From Nageia nagi (lineage: Eukaryota; Plantae; Pinophyta): 64,000 bases of DNA. A model generated the notes under the pieces. That model had not been told where the DNA came from, searched no databases, and worked only from the letters and a program-made list of their open reading frames with translations. The position numbers were made by a program, and so were the translations under genes. This document shows positions 29,801-41,830 of the stretch, one piece after another. The stretch is from the NCBI GenBank assembly GCA_050084985.1, contig JBITNC010000001.1:104098001-104162000 (forward strand), written 5' to 3'. Position 1 is the first letter of the stretch; each line of letters begins with the position of its first letter.

Positions 29801-31479
29801 GGAATAAAAACCTTGATATGGTAATCAACTCAAAAACTAGTATTTCATTCACTAAATATAAGAATGATCCCATAGTAGTAAAAATGAAACTGGTAAAGTT
29901 GATTACATTAAGATGTTAAAGATGTAATGTGGAACATGAGAACTCTATGGAATTTGGGAATATTGTTCATTGGGTGGAATAAGTGAAGGTGTTGTAGACT
30001 CAAATAATGGATTATTAAGTGTGAAAGGTACTCTAATTTTACAAAATTTAGTTTCCTCTCATATACATAATAGAGAAACATCCCTGGTAATAATGCCAAA
30101 AATTGTGAGATATCAATTCACTACTTAATTTAACAATATAGGATCGATGTTCGAAGGCTATATACAATTGAGATTTTGTTTAATATATATGGTTTCCTAA
30201 TCATACTTATAGAAATAAAAAATTCAAAGAATTAGGAGAGCATGAAATAACGTGCAAGAATTAAAATGAAAATATAATAACAAAGAGGTAGTTGTCTAAA
30301 CTCAAAATATAGCATGAATGGGATATAAAATAGTAACAACAACAATAAAAAAATAACATAAACAAAGAAAATAAAAACATTGGGTAAAATCTATGAATAA
30401 AGTTGGCCAAACTTCATCAACAAATTCTGTAAGAAAAGAATCAAAAGATTGAAAAACACTTCAAGCTATTATTCCTTCAATGCTTATAATTACATCATAG
30501 ATCAGAAATATTTGTTACTATCTCTAGTCTAACCTATCTAACTAATTGAATGACTAACTCTTTTGTAGTCACTAAGAATTATTATTTATTCTAATATATT
30601 TCTAACAAACTATGTAACTCCATCAATCACATCTAATCAAACTAATACTATATACTTGTATAAGTACATGTTTATTCTATTAATAGTAAACTATTTACAA
30701 CTTGGAATAAATACAACATGAGTCACTACTAATCAATTTTAACAACTTATAGTAAGTTTGGTGCTTTAAACTATCAACATATTGATCTAGACCTTATATG
30801 TAGTGGAAAGATTCAAATCTAGCCTTATTCTTTAGCAATACAATCTCTATTTTAATCCAATCTTCAATAGCTATCAAATTTAGAACCTAAAATTATAGAG
30901 GTCATAACTACCTTGTTACTTTGTATTTTTCAAAATTGTAAAAATATATAAGTACCCATTTTTACAAGGAAGATCTCCATTAAATTTCTAGTGATTCAAA
31001 ATCTTCATAATCATTTTGAAGCTTCATCTTATTTTGAAGCTCGATAATTCAAAGCATCAATAATTTTGAAGCTTCATCCCAATTCTAAAGCTTTTAAGTT
31101 CTCAAAGGATTCTAAAGTGTGAACTATTCTTGAATTTTGAACCTTTCTTTATTAGGCTTGATTCTAGGACTACATTTCTCTCAAGTTGATTACAATTCTT
31201 ATGCTTGTAGTACTCAAGTACTAAATATGATTCTAGAGCTATGTTTGAATAATATTGAGATATAACTTTTTATCCCATTTATTGCTCTTACAAAGATACA
31301 TAACATTACATCTTTACAGAAAATATAAAATATTAGTAACTAATAAAATATGACATCTTAATCTATTTAGACTAATTAAACATATTGAAACATACAAACC
31401 TATTACTAGAGAATCTATTTTGGAATTTGAATAATAGTGTATGCATGTCTAACTGTGGTCATTATTTGGTCTCATCATG

Positions 31480-34425
31480 AAGTAGACATTTGAGAGAAAA
31501 ATTATGTAGTGGTGGAAACTTAAGGATCAGCTATCAACATGCCCTCTCATTGATTGAATGTGGTCATATCAGAATGGATGTTTACCTAGAATAGGAAAAA
31601 ACTTTTGAGCATACACATGTATACATTCAAATGTAAATAATATCTAACAAAATTATTATTGAATTTTTTAAGACTTGCAAATTGCATACATACACATAAA
31701 AATTTATTTTAACAAAATACCTAAAGTTAAGTAGACATCTAAGTGATAAACTATGGAGTGGTGGACATTGAAGGCTCAACCATTGACTCACCCTCTCGTT
31801 GGTCAAATGTGGTCATCTGAGGATGGAAATCTATCTAGAACAGAAATTTATTTTTGAGCATACACATATATACATTCAAATGTGAATAATATCTAACAAA
31901 ATTAACATAGAAATTATTAAACTCGGTATATTATTTTTAACTCATAAGGTTTGCTAGTAGATCTAATACTAGGAGTTGATATCATGATAGCTCTTTAATA
32001 TGTGCTTAAAGTGGATGCTCCCATCATCTATAATAAAAAATATAAAGGTGCTTAAAATTTAAATTAGGTATATATATAATCCAAATTAGTTTAAAAATAC
32101 AAATGTATATTAAATACACTAAATATATGGAAAATATGTCTCTCTCCTAGGGAGGTCAATATCATCCATTAACATCATCTTTGCATAAGATATCTTATAA
32201 TTAGTTGAAGGGGGATCACCACATATACTATCATAAATTTGGAAAACATTAGGTGTAACTCCATTAACTCTACCATCATCTCTAGTCTCACATACATTAG
32301 CTACCATGTGGGTATCTTGTTCAATGAGAGTTCTAGTCACCTGAGATAATTCTATGAATGTCAAAATAATTTTTTAATGAAAAGCTAGTGCAAGACATGT
32401 TGGTTGACCTAGATTGACCTGTGCCCCTGGTCTATTTTTCTCCAAGCCATGACCAATCTCATGATTACATCTCATGTCAAAATAATTGACATATTTTTCT
32501 AATACACACTTAGCATATATTTTCTTCCAAAAATACAAAGGGATATCGAAATTGGAATGTGGTGATTTATCAAACATTATCCACCATCAATCCTAAATTT
32601 TTAGAGTTATCATAAAATGGGTGGACCAATCATAGGGAATTCATTCTTTATCAGGGTGGATTTAGTAATACCTAAATTATTTATCTCTCAAGTAAAGAAC
32701 CCATTTGAATAATGCTCTCTCATGCAATCTATCCATACCTTAAAACTTTACATATCCCCATAAACAATCCTAATAGTATCAACTATGATTTACATCAAAG
32801 ATGTAAAATATATAACTAATTCATATAAGAAGATATTTCAAGTAACAAAAGAGAATGTACATCTTATCATGCTACAAAAAAATGATATTTTATATTCTCA
32901 AAAGGCATAGTGGGAGGATTTTTAATGGTAATTTGACACATATAATAATGCTAGGAAAATAAATGAAAGGTGGAGATTTAACACCTAAATTCAAATATAC
33001 TTTATGATTTTAAATACTTTTTACATCTTAATTGGAATCTAATTAAGAATTCTTTAGCATGAGTTTAATGTTTCATGGAATACCAATAAGAAATTACCTC
33101 AAACATATTAGTTTAACAAGCCCTTTTTGCCATTTTTTCACTCTTGTAGAAGATATTAAATATCTCTTCTATGTTTGTAATAGGTATCAATATGCCTAAA
33201 AAGGATTTTTTATTCTTTTAAAACCATTTCTTCCCAATATCTTTCATGGTAACAAATATTTTTGGGGATCCCCCAACATCCTCTTCCTTTCAAAAACATG
33301 ATAATTATTTAGAATTCATAAACTATTTTGAATATGGAAAATTAAGAAATATGTTATTTTTTCTATTGTTGTGCCTTTATAGATCTAAACCATGTCAATG
33401 TCAGCATCATGTATGTTTGAGATGTTCTAAACTAGAAGAACATCAATGCTCTCCACCATTGAATATTATCATTCCATGGCTTCAACAACCTCTTGGATTA
33501 ATTTTAATTAGTTTTTGGGAACATATCACACACTAGATATTAACTTGGGTGATGGAAAATTACAAATCTTGTTGGCTTTATTTTCACATAAAATATGACC
33601 TTATTAGATTATCTTTTAGTTGTGAAGTTATATATCAGGATATATGTGTCTAGTTTATATGTTAGCATCTATGTTCATTACATTTATGAGTTTAATAAGT
33701 CAGTTTAGTATTAGGAAGTGTGTTTAGTTTATGTGTTTAACATTTATATTCATTACATTTTTGAATCTACTAAGTTGGTTTAGTATCAAGAGGTGTGTTT
33801 AGTTTATGTGTTTAGTATTTATGTTTAATAAATTTTTGAGTTTAACGACTCAATTTTGTATTAGCACCCTCTATGTTTAGTTTATGTGTTTAACATCTAT
33901 GTTAGTTATATTTATGATTCTAATGATCAAATTTAAACTAAATTCTACAAAATTATTAAAAAAATCATAAACAAAATAACAGAAATACACATGATATTTT
34001 AGCACCCAACACCTAAGAAAATGATATTTTAACAAAAAAAATCCAAAAAACTAATAGCAATGGTTGCTCAAGCTAACTTGGATAACATTGGATGAAAATA
34101 AAGGAAGAGGACGATAGGAGGAGAACTGAAATTGGGATCCCAAAAATGTAGGTTTGCTACTTAGGTTTGGCTATGAGGTGTAGGTTATGGAGCTAAAAAA
34201 TGAGCTCCATGGCTTGCATCATGATATTTAACTTTCATTTATTGGTATCCTTATATATCGAGATCTTGATATAGGTTCAGGTGGTGAACCCATATCAAGA
34301 TCCTGATATCTGGTAGGATTGATATCTCAAGATATCAGGATCCTAATTTGTTTAATATTGTGATCCCAAGTTTTTCAATCCTAAATTTTTACTTTGTACT
34401 TCCTCTTTAAGTGGAACCAACTTCT
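31480..34425 (-). mobile_element. Unclassified transposon family, copy A (spliced ORF remnant plus terminal region)
   Basis: 31700-32800 aligns with 55560-56730, and 34000-34425 aligns with 60640-61015. Both encode MFDK.P.SN.D.PLYF..K.Y..CVL.K.VNYFDMR. Confidence 0.7.
33645..33925. repeat. Tandem repeat of about 75 bp, about 3.7 copies
   Basis: Units begin tgtgt(c/t)tagtttat near 33645, 33719, 33794 and 33872. Confidence 0.85.
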
Positions 34426-36340
34426 TACTTTCACTTTACTTAAGGAAAGGAAAGGCTTCAAGTAGCTAGTATGAGTCCAAAATCTATACATTATGGACTA
34501 TTTAAGATTATAGTGAAATATAGAAACAATACATTCAAACTTTTCTTGCTCACTTATATGAAAATATATTATATTTTTAATATGGAGAATTTTAATTTTT
34601 TTTTGCCTATATCATTGCACAATAATGAAAATATCCTAATTCAGCCACTTTACTATGACATGATTTTATTCACTTTTCAAGAGGCTGTAGATGATGTGCT
34701 TCTTGGAAAGAAAAATCATACTTCAAGAATGGGTGATGAAGAATTTTGGTTGATTTGTCAAAACATTAAAAGTTTGAGAAAAGCAATATGGTTACATGTT
34801 GATTGGTTCAAGGATTTATATGTTCATCTAGTGAATTTAAGATTTTTAGAAACAAAAAACTGATACAAAATGGTTTTTTGAATAAAAGACATATTGAAAT
34901 ACTCATGGTGAGTTAGTAAACCTCTTATGGGACTCATTTTTATATGATGAATTCATTTTAGAATGTTGCTAGTGCTAAATTTTCATGAAGTTAACTAGAA
35001 TTTTGTTAGTATAAAAAAATGTCAAAATATATCAATTATATTAAGAAGACCATAAATCTTTGTATGTATCTTCAATGGAAGAAACTAATATACCATTTTG
35101 TAGCTCTCGAAAAGATATTTCCAACAATAAATTACATATCTACTTTTGATGAATATTTAACTTTAATTTAAATATTTTTTTTGTAACTTCATAACTTTAT
35201 ACAATGAGACCAACATTGAGCAACTAAGAAATTCTGACCTTAGCCTTCATATTTAGTTTTCTAGAGCCATATTATGTCAAATATGTCACCGTTGATCAAT
35301 TCTAACATGAGTCTTAAGCATCATCATCGCCAAATTGAGGATAAATTCGAAGGAGTAAACTTTAATAATAAGTATTATGTAGACTTTATTTGTAGCAATT
35401 ATTTTCTTGTGACGTGCTTCGTACTTGTCAAACAAAAACATTTCAAATTGGTTGAAAAGATGAAAAAGCTAGATCGCTAGATGATGTGGAAGTTTAAGAA
35501 ATAGACTAGCTCAATGAATGCCTAAGAGCCTTTTGTAAATGGTTATTCTATGTCATTCAAGCATTCTCAGGGAGGAATGAACGAAATTTGGAGAGAAGAG
35601 GAGTGATTTTGGAGAGTTGTCGCAAATTGTTGAGAGATTAACTCCTATGTTATTCCTTGTTTCGTTATATTACCAACGCTCTGTAATATTTCGAAGCCTA
35701 TAAATCTATCTTCAATCAGTAATGAAACTTGGATATCGTAGAAAATGCTTTTTGTTTCCAACAATTCAAATTCTCTAATTGTGAGAATATTCATTGTTTG
35801 ATTGTCATTACGGATCAAAATGTAAAAACATTCATTATAAAAAGCTTTAAAACTATGTAAACGGCTGGAAACTGTTAAAAGAACCTACGCTGACAGCCAT
35901 GCACATACAGAAAATGTATAGAAGATCCAAAATGCATAGAATAATACTTTTTCATTGAGAAAGCAGGAAATTCTGCTCCTCCCTCCAACGAATCCCTTCT
36001 GGTCTTCTAGCCATAGATTTTAGAACTTCCTCTTAAGATGTTTGCCAATTAAAACTCTGCATCATTGCACACAGCCCTTATCAAAATAAAGAACAGGAAT
36101 GCCTAAAGACTTAAGATCAATGGTCTCTCGAATTATTATTCTACTTTAATAAGCTATGTGCAGTGTTTAATCCCAACTCTTGAGTATGGTCTTGAGTTGC
36201 ACATCTACAATCAACCAGGCTTATATGAAAGCAAAAGCGTCTTGGAGAAGTCGAGATCAAGGTGCCATAACTGTGTGGAAGAATAAGATTACAGACTGAA
36301 GAAGTAGATTGGAATACCAGCCAACACTGAGTATATCCAA

Positions 36341-37262
36341 CTAGTTTTCACCCTTCTTTGCAAAACTGGAGAAAAATCCCATCGTTCTAGCTGCCAGAGA
36401 TGTCACGGCACTCTTACACAGTGTTATATCATCCTTGAGAAATTCCCTGTAGACTTCCATACAATATTTATGCCTTTCCTCTACCTCTTCCTTACTCATA
36501 ATTTTTAGAATTGGCACAATTCTGTGCATCTCCTTCGTCGGAAATTGGAGTATGCATCGATGCCACTGTATCAGAGTATCAAAGGGCTTCACGTAGTTAT
36601 CAGCTATTAGCACTGGAATTGTTCCTGCGCTTAGAATCTCAATGAATCTGTATGTATTAGGCTGCCTTCCAGCAGGTGCGAGCCCAAACGTACTATTCAT
36701 CAGATCTACATAATCGTGACTATCATAGATGGCTTCGTCCTTATTGCATTTGGCGTCAAGTTCGGGTTCGTTCCGCCTATGGTCATTATTGGAAGGATGT
36801 CTGCATGAAAGGGCGACGATGATATCTTTGCCATTGTGCATATCTCTGAAAGATTCATGGCTTCTGAAAACCCCTTCACCCCCATATCCTAAGTACGTCA
36901 TCCCCCTAAAGGTCAGGAAATATTTTCTGTCGAAAGGTTTGATTTGTTGAAGGTGTGTGAGCCTCATGTGTGGTGGGAGAGTAATGCTGATGTCGAAGCC
37001 GGGTCGGTAAATTGTTTCATGCATGTCGGTGATGAGAAGCGAAGCCATTCCTATGCTCTCCATTGGTATCCCTGTTAGTGCCCACCTATATATAAAAGAG
37101 ACCAGAACATGGTTCAATCCATCATTCCAGTAAGGAAGCGTGCTCGGAGGCGGTGGTGGTGAATTGTGATATGGATCCAAGAGGTCCGCATACTCGAAAA
37201 ACAAGCACGCCTTGTTGGGATCCTTGGTGAACCATTTTGTTGAGTTTAGCCATTGAAAGTAC
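36341..37262 (-). CDS. EXT1-like exostosin/GT47 glycosyltransferase, copy 2, exon 2 (catalytic domain, open to TAG at 36341-36343)
   Basis: Open frame containing WFTKDPNKACLF, WNDGLNH, RPGFDISI, RKYFLTFRG, HNGKDII...C, STFGLAPAG, YRFIEILSAGTIPVLIADNY.KPF...I.W. Acceptor tttcAG ends at 37263. Confidence 0.9.
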
Positions 37263-37355
37263 CTGAAAGCACATAACATCTTACTACAATATTGCAATCA
37301 AATTTATCTTGTAATGAAATGCCGACACCGGGCTCGAAATACAAAACAATTTTAC

Positions 37356-37951
37356 CATGTGTGCCGAGGCGGTAGATCATAGACGAAGATCTTGATGACA
37401 TCCATATTTGCACATCGTGAGTAATTGAAGCATAAATCCATCGAACACCGCGGAAACAACACTGGATAATGCCAGACCGTATTTTCTGCGTGCCATGGGC
37501 CTTCTTTCTCAATTTGGCATGGCTTCTGTATCACCTTGTCCTTCAGAAGTTGTGGTGATGTATTGTTAGATGCGGCAGAGGCATACGTAGATTGAGACAG
37601 ACATACAGTGCAGTTGCACACCTTCGCATTCTCAATTGGGAAGCTCCCATTGCGTGACATACGATTTTTTTGTATCGTGACCAAGTGCTGGAAAGAGCTA
37701 AATGCAAACTCACACGTCTCCCTGAGAATAAACACCGGCAAACTCAAAATGCAGAGAACCACAAATAAGACTGTGATGGAAGCAACAAGAGATCATTTTC
37801 GGCCTGAAATCTTCATACTGACTGTGTCTTTGGAGCCGTTGGAACCGCGGGCATCTTCGTCGAACGCTGAGGTGTAATAGAAGATTGTAATCCTTTCTCT
37901 CTTCGCAGGACAGCAGAAACGCCGAAAGAGGTATGCTTCCAAGAACATCAT
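37356..37951 (-). CDS. EXT1-like GT47 copy 2, exon 1 (cytosolic tail, TM anchor, Cys-rich stem); contains one in-frame TGA at 37793-37795
   Basis: ATG at 37951 (also 37948 and 37816) is in frame with the hydrophobic SLVASITVLFVVLCILSLPVFIL segment and with CSMDLCFNYSRC...IFVYDLP. A 93-nt GT-AG intron (37263-37355) joins in frame as HTW/YFQW. Spliced length is 506 codons including the terminal stop. Confidence 0.75.
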
Positions 37952-37975
37952 AGTTGTGGTATAGCTAAAGGCAAA

Positions 37976-38067
37976 TACTCATGCAACTCGTGGGCAGAAA
38001 CTTAATGTATACCTCGTCGTTTGAGGCGATGACAACTACTCATGCAGCTCGTGGGCAGAAACTTAAT
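37976..38067. promoter_or_regulatory. 31-bp direct repeat pair (period 61) just upstream of the copy 2 ATG
   Basis: tactcatgca(a/g)ctcgtgggcagaaacttaat at 37976-38006 and 38037-38067. A decayed version lies upstream of copy 1 (about 6115-6192). A regulatory role is inferred only. Confidence 0.5.
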
Positions 38068-38801
38068 ATACGACATCATACAGCCATTGGAGGATCTAGT
38101 TTCACCTGAAATTGCGATTGTCCTATTTTACAATTAGGTTGTAGTTTATATTTTAAATTTATTTTATATGACTCTAAAAGGAGTCATAGAATAAATTTTT
38201 CTCTATATATATATATCACTTGTTTAATTTCATAAAAATCATAATAAATCTAAAAATTATTGTACTATTTATTTTAAAGAACATTATACTATTTATTTAT
38301 AGTTGTAAAAGTTTCATAACATTCAAAAAATAAATCATTTGCAATATTTTAATTTTATTCATTATCATTAGTTAAATTAAATTTTTATAAATGTATTTTA
38401 ATCATCATGCTTTTAATTTTAATTTTTGAGGAGAAATTATTTTTTATTTATTCATTAAAAATTATACATATCATTTTTTTTAAATGAATCATTCTTTCTA
38501 TCATATTGATTTATCTCTTCAATAAATTCTTATCATTGTTTCACAAACTTTTTATTAGAGAAAATAAGTATTTAATGAATTGGACAAATAAAATCCAACT
38601 TCTTCCATATAAAACTAAGAAACAACTAGTAAAATTTTAAATATTATTCAAAATAGGAGTACATTTTTGAAAAAAATGATTACAAATCCTAAAACTATTA
38701 TAGCAAAGTTTTTTCTCATAAATATGATTCATATTTATATCAAAAAAATGGTAGGAAGAAATACAATATATAGACATAGGACTTAAAAATTTCCAAACAA
38801 T

Positions 38802-38908
38802 ATGAATTGATGAATAGGGGAGTTGGAGAGGTGTGTAGTGCAAAGCTCTGGGAGACCCAAGTTCAAAACTCCTAGTATCAAGGAATAAAACTCAACTAAA
38901 AAAAAAAA
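38802..38908 (+). mobile_element. Short SINE-like insertion
   Basis: Absent from the paralogous flank near 7225. B-box-like GTTCAAAACTCC at 38861, A-tail at 38898-38908, degenerate flanking duplication (aaattt..aaacaat / aaattcttacaat). Confidence 0.55.
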
Positions 38909-40589
38909 TTCTTACAATCTTAACAATATATATATTTACTACTTCAAAATATCATGGACCTTATTTATTGATGATCAATTGTCACTAGATAACCATTTTC
39001 ATTAAATTCTTATAGAATATTCTCTTGAATGATTTGATAATTGAAATTCTAATTCTATTAATGGAATTGCATATGTAGAATGAAGAGACATTTTGGAGCA
39101 AATATTTTACAAAGTGAAGTAAACTTTGTTATGTTTATCATGCTCAACAAGGAGTTTGATAGGTTTCGTAAATGAAGATCTATGTTTATGGACTTGTATA
39201 AGGAGCGGGCTATCCTGATTCTAAATTTGATCATAAATGCTCATAATTAATGATATTTATTTTGGGCATTTATGTGTGCCACTTCACCATCTAATTGCAC
39301 TGCTCCACCTTTTAGACCTAAGTGTTTATGCATTTTCAACGACCTTGCATGCCACCTAATTGCACCACTCTATCAGGTCAATCAAAATTCATTAATAAAA
39401 GCTAAACATAGTTTGATTAATATATCAATTCATAATTTTGGGCCTTTATATTTTCTTAATTTAATGTTGGATGTTTATGTTAGGTTAATCAAACATTCTT
39501 TATTTAAGATTAATAAAATTTCATTTATACATGCTATTCGATTAAATTTACATATTAAATTGAAAAAATAATCTTTATGGTCACTTGTTAAAATATGCTT
39601 GAACAATGATTGGGTTAATCGAACTATATTTAATTCTTACAAATGAAGTTGGATTACCTCAATATGAATAATAAATATTTCTCACCAACCAACCGATGTA
39701 GCATCAAATTAAATTGATTCAATCTTTATTTAATCACGCGCATTTATCCTTTTGTATAATGAAATATAAAAATCCTCACCAACCAACTTACATAATATTC
39801 ATTTTATTTGATTATTTATTTTTAAATATCAGCCTCTAAGCGTTTTCAATGTAGAAGCTGGGCTCTCTCCATTCCTCCAGAATTTTTTCCACAAGCATTT
39901 TGTGAAATAATTGTGTATACCTTTTAATTTTGCTCTATATTTTTTGTGTATTTCTTGCTAGATTAATTTTTGCATGTATGTCTTGGTACATTCATTTTTA
40001 TATGCATATTTTGCTAGATTAATTTTTGTATGTATGTCTTGCTAGATTCATTTTTGCACACATACCTTTCTATATATAAAAAATGAAAAAATATTAATCC
40101 AAAGAGTACCCATCCTATTTCTTAAGCTAAATGTAAAATTTTATTGACCGAATTATGCAAATCAAAAATTTTAAGGAATTCAATACATGCTGCAATGAAA
40201 ATATTTCATCCTTCTCATATGAATGTGAGAGTTTATTATGTATTTTTGACCTTCATGTAATATTATCGAGCTTCATTATTATTTATCAGAATTCCTCATA
40301 CATTATGGGCCTTCATGGCATATTATCATGCTCCCTCATTCATTTTTGAGCATCCATGTTGTACTAATGAATTTTATACCCTAAAATTAGTATATTATTC
40401 TCATTCAATATTTCTTGGGATTTATATAATCTTACATATTTCGCATATCCATGTGATAATTTCAACTACTCAAAAGTCTCTAAAGCCTTTTGAAAAAACC
40501 CATTTTATGAAAATCCTCAAGATCACTGCATTCCATGATATTGTGTCTGCATGATTTGTTGTTTTCATCATTTTCGGTCTTAATAGACT

Positions 40590-40790
40590 ATTATCAGGCT
40601 TGAGGTACAATGTTGGGCATCTCTTCTTTTTTTGGGCATCATCTTCCATTATCGAACTTCAGGGTACAATGTCGGATTTCTTCTTCTATTATCGGGCATC
40701 ATCTCCCATTATTGGGCTTTAGAGTACAACGTCGAGCATCGTATTATATTGTCGACCATTATCTCACATTATCGATCATCCTCATATATA
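40590..40790. repeat. Tandem repeat of about 60 bp built from 20-bp attatcgggc-type subunits
   Basis: About 3 clear units. Related subunits extend over roughly 40250-40900. Confidence 0.8.
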
Positions 40791-41124
40791 TTTTTTCATC
40801 TTCATAAATAGCCATGCATCATCTTCCATTTTCAAGCATCCTCTTCTATTGTCGGGCTTCATATCGGATTTTCGAGCTTCATTATGGGTTGTCGGGATTC
40901 ATAAATGGCTGTTATAGTATTCAATACACAACATCTCCACTGAAATAATGATGGCTTTAGTTGCATAGTTTAGCTTCGTAGATGACAATTGCATCTGCTT
41001 GATAAGATATTTACATCCTGTATCTTGTTCAGCTTGGATGTATTTGAAGTGTCTTATTTACAACTACATATAAAATGAAGTACAATTAAAGGAAGGTAAC
41101 ATGCAACATAAGATATGAATTACA

Positions 41125-41830
41125 CTCAAAGGAAGTGCTGGTGGTGGATTGTGATATGGATCCATGAGGTCCATATACACGAAAAATAAGTAGGCCTCGT
41201 TGGAATCCTTGGTGAACCATTTGGTTGAGTTAAGCGTCTGAAAGTACCTGACAATGCAGAACATTTTAGTCCAATGTTGCAATCAAATTTGTATTGTAAT
41301 GAAATCACGAAGGGGAGCTCGAAAGAAAAAATAATTTTACCATCTGTGCCGATGTGGCAGCTCATAGACGAAGATCTTGATGTCATCCATGTTTTCACAT
41401 CGTGAGTAATTGAACCATACATCCATCGAACATCTCGGAAACAATGTTGGATAATGCCAGAGTGTATTCTCTTTTTTATCATAGGCCTTCTCGTTCGCAT
41501 GGCTTCTCTATCACCTTTTCCTTCACTATAACTTGTGGTGCTGTAATATTAGAGGAGGTGGGCGGACAAGAATATTGAGAAATACATGTAGTGCAACTGC
41601 AGGTCCGATCGAGAAGTTTATATTACGTGATCTGCAAAAGTCATCTTTGTTCACCAGTTTGTGGAAAGAGTTTATGATGGACGGCCGGTTGACAGCTAAG
41701 AGTATGAAATCCAAACTGAAAACGCTAACAACTATAGTAACGATTAAGAAGGCAGTGAGAATTAAACAAGTTCTTCGTCCGTCTGACATTCTCGCAGCCT
41801 CTTCCGAAAGATAGTTTGCATACAAACGAG
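41125..41830 (-). pseudogene. EXT-like GT47 pseudogene, copy 3 (exon 1, intron 41248-41340, truncated exon 2)
   Basis: TM segment LILTAFLIVTIVVSVFSLDFILL, frameshift near 41605, then TCSCTTCISQ...KEKVIEKPC, stops near 41480, and YFQTLNSTKWFTKDSNEAYLF. Homology ends after YHNPPPALP. Confidence 0.88.

Noticed and set aside
26870-31400. Possible LINE or Copia debris and short tagagct repeats
   Set aside because: No diagnostic motif or terminal structure could be confirmed.
37263-37297. ORF-track start MQYCSKMLCAFR for the 318-aa ORF
   Set aside because: It lies inside the 93-nt intron conserved in all three paralogues.
37771-37822. Cryptic intron that could remove the TGA (GTATGA or GTCAGT donor to ...CACAG)
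   Set aside because: Only 48-52 nt, below the usual plant intron size. It would also delete part of the TM segment that is coding in copy 1.
36729-37877. Plus-strand and alternate-frame ORFs overlapping the GT47 gene
   Set aside because: Shadow ORFs of a GC-richer coding region with no recognisable domain.
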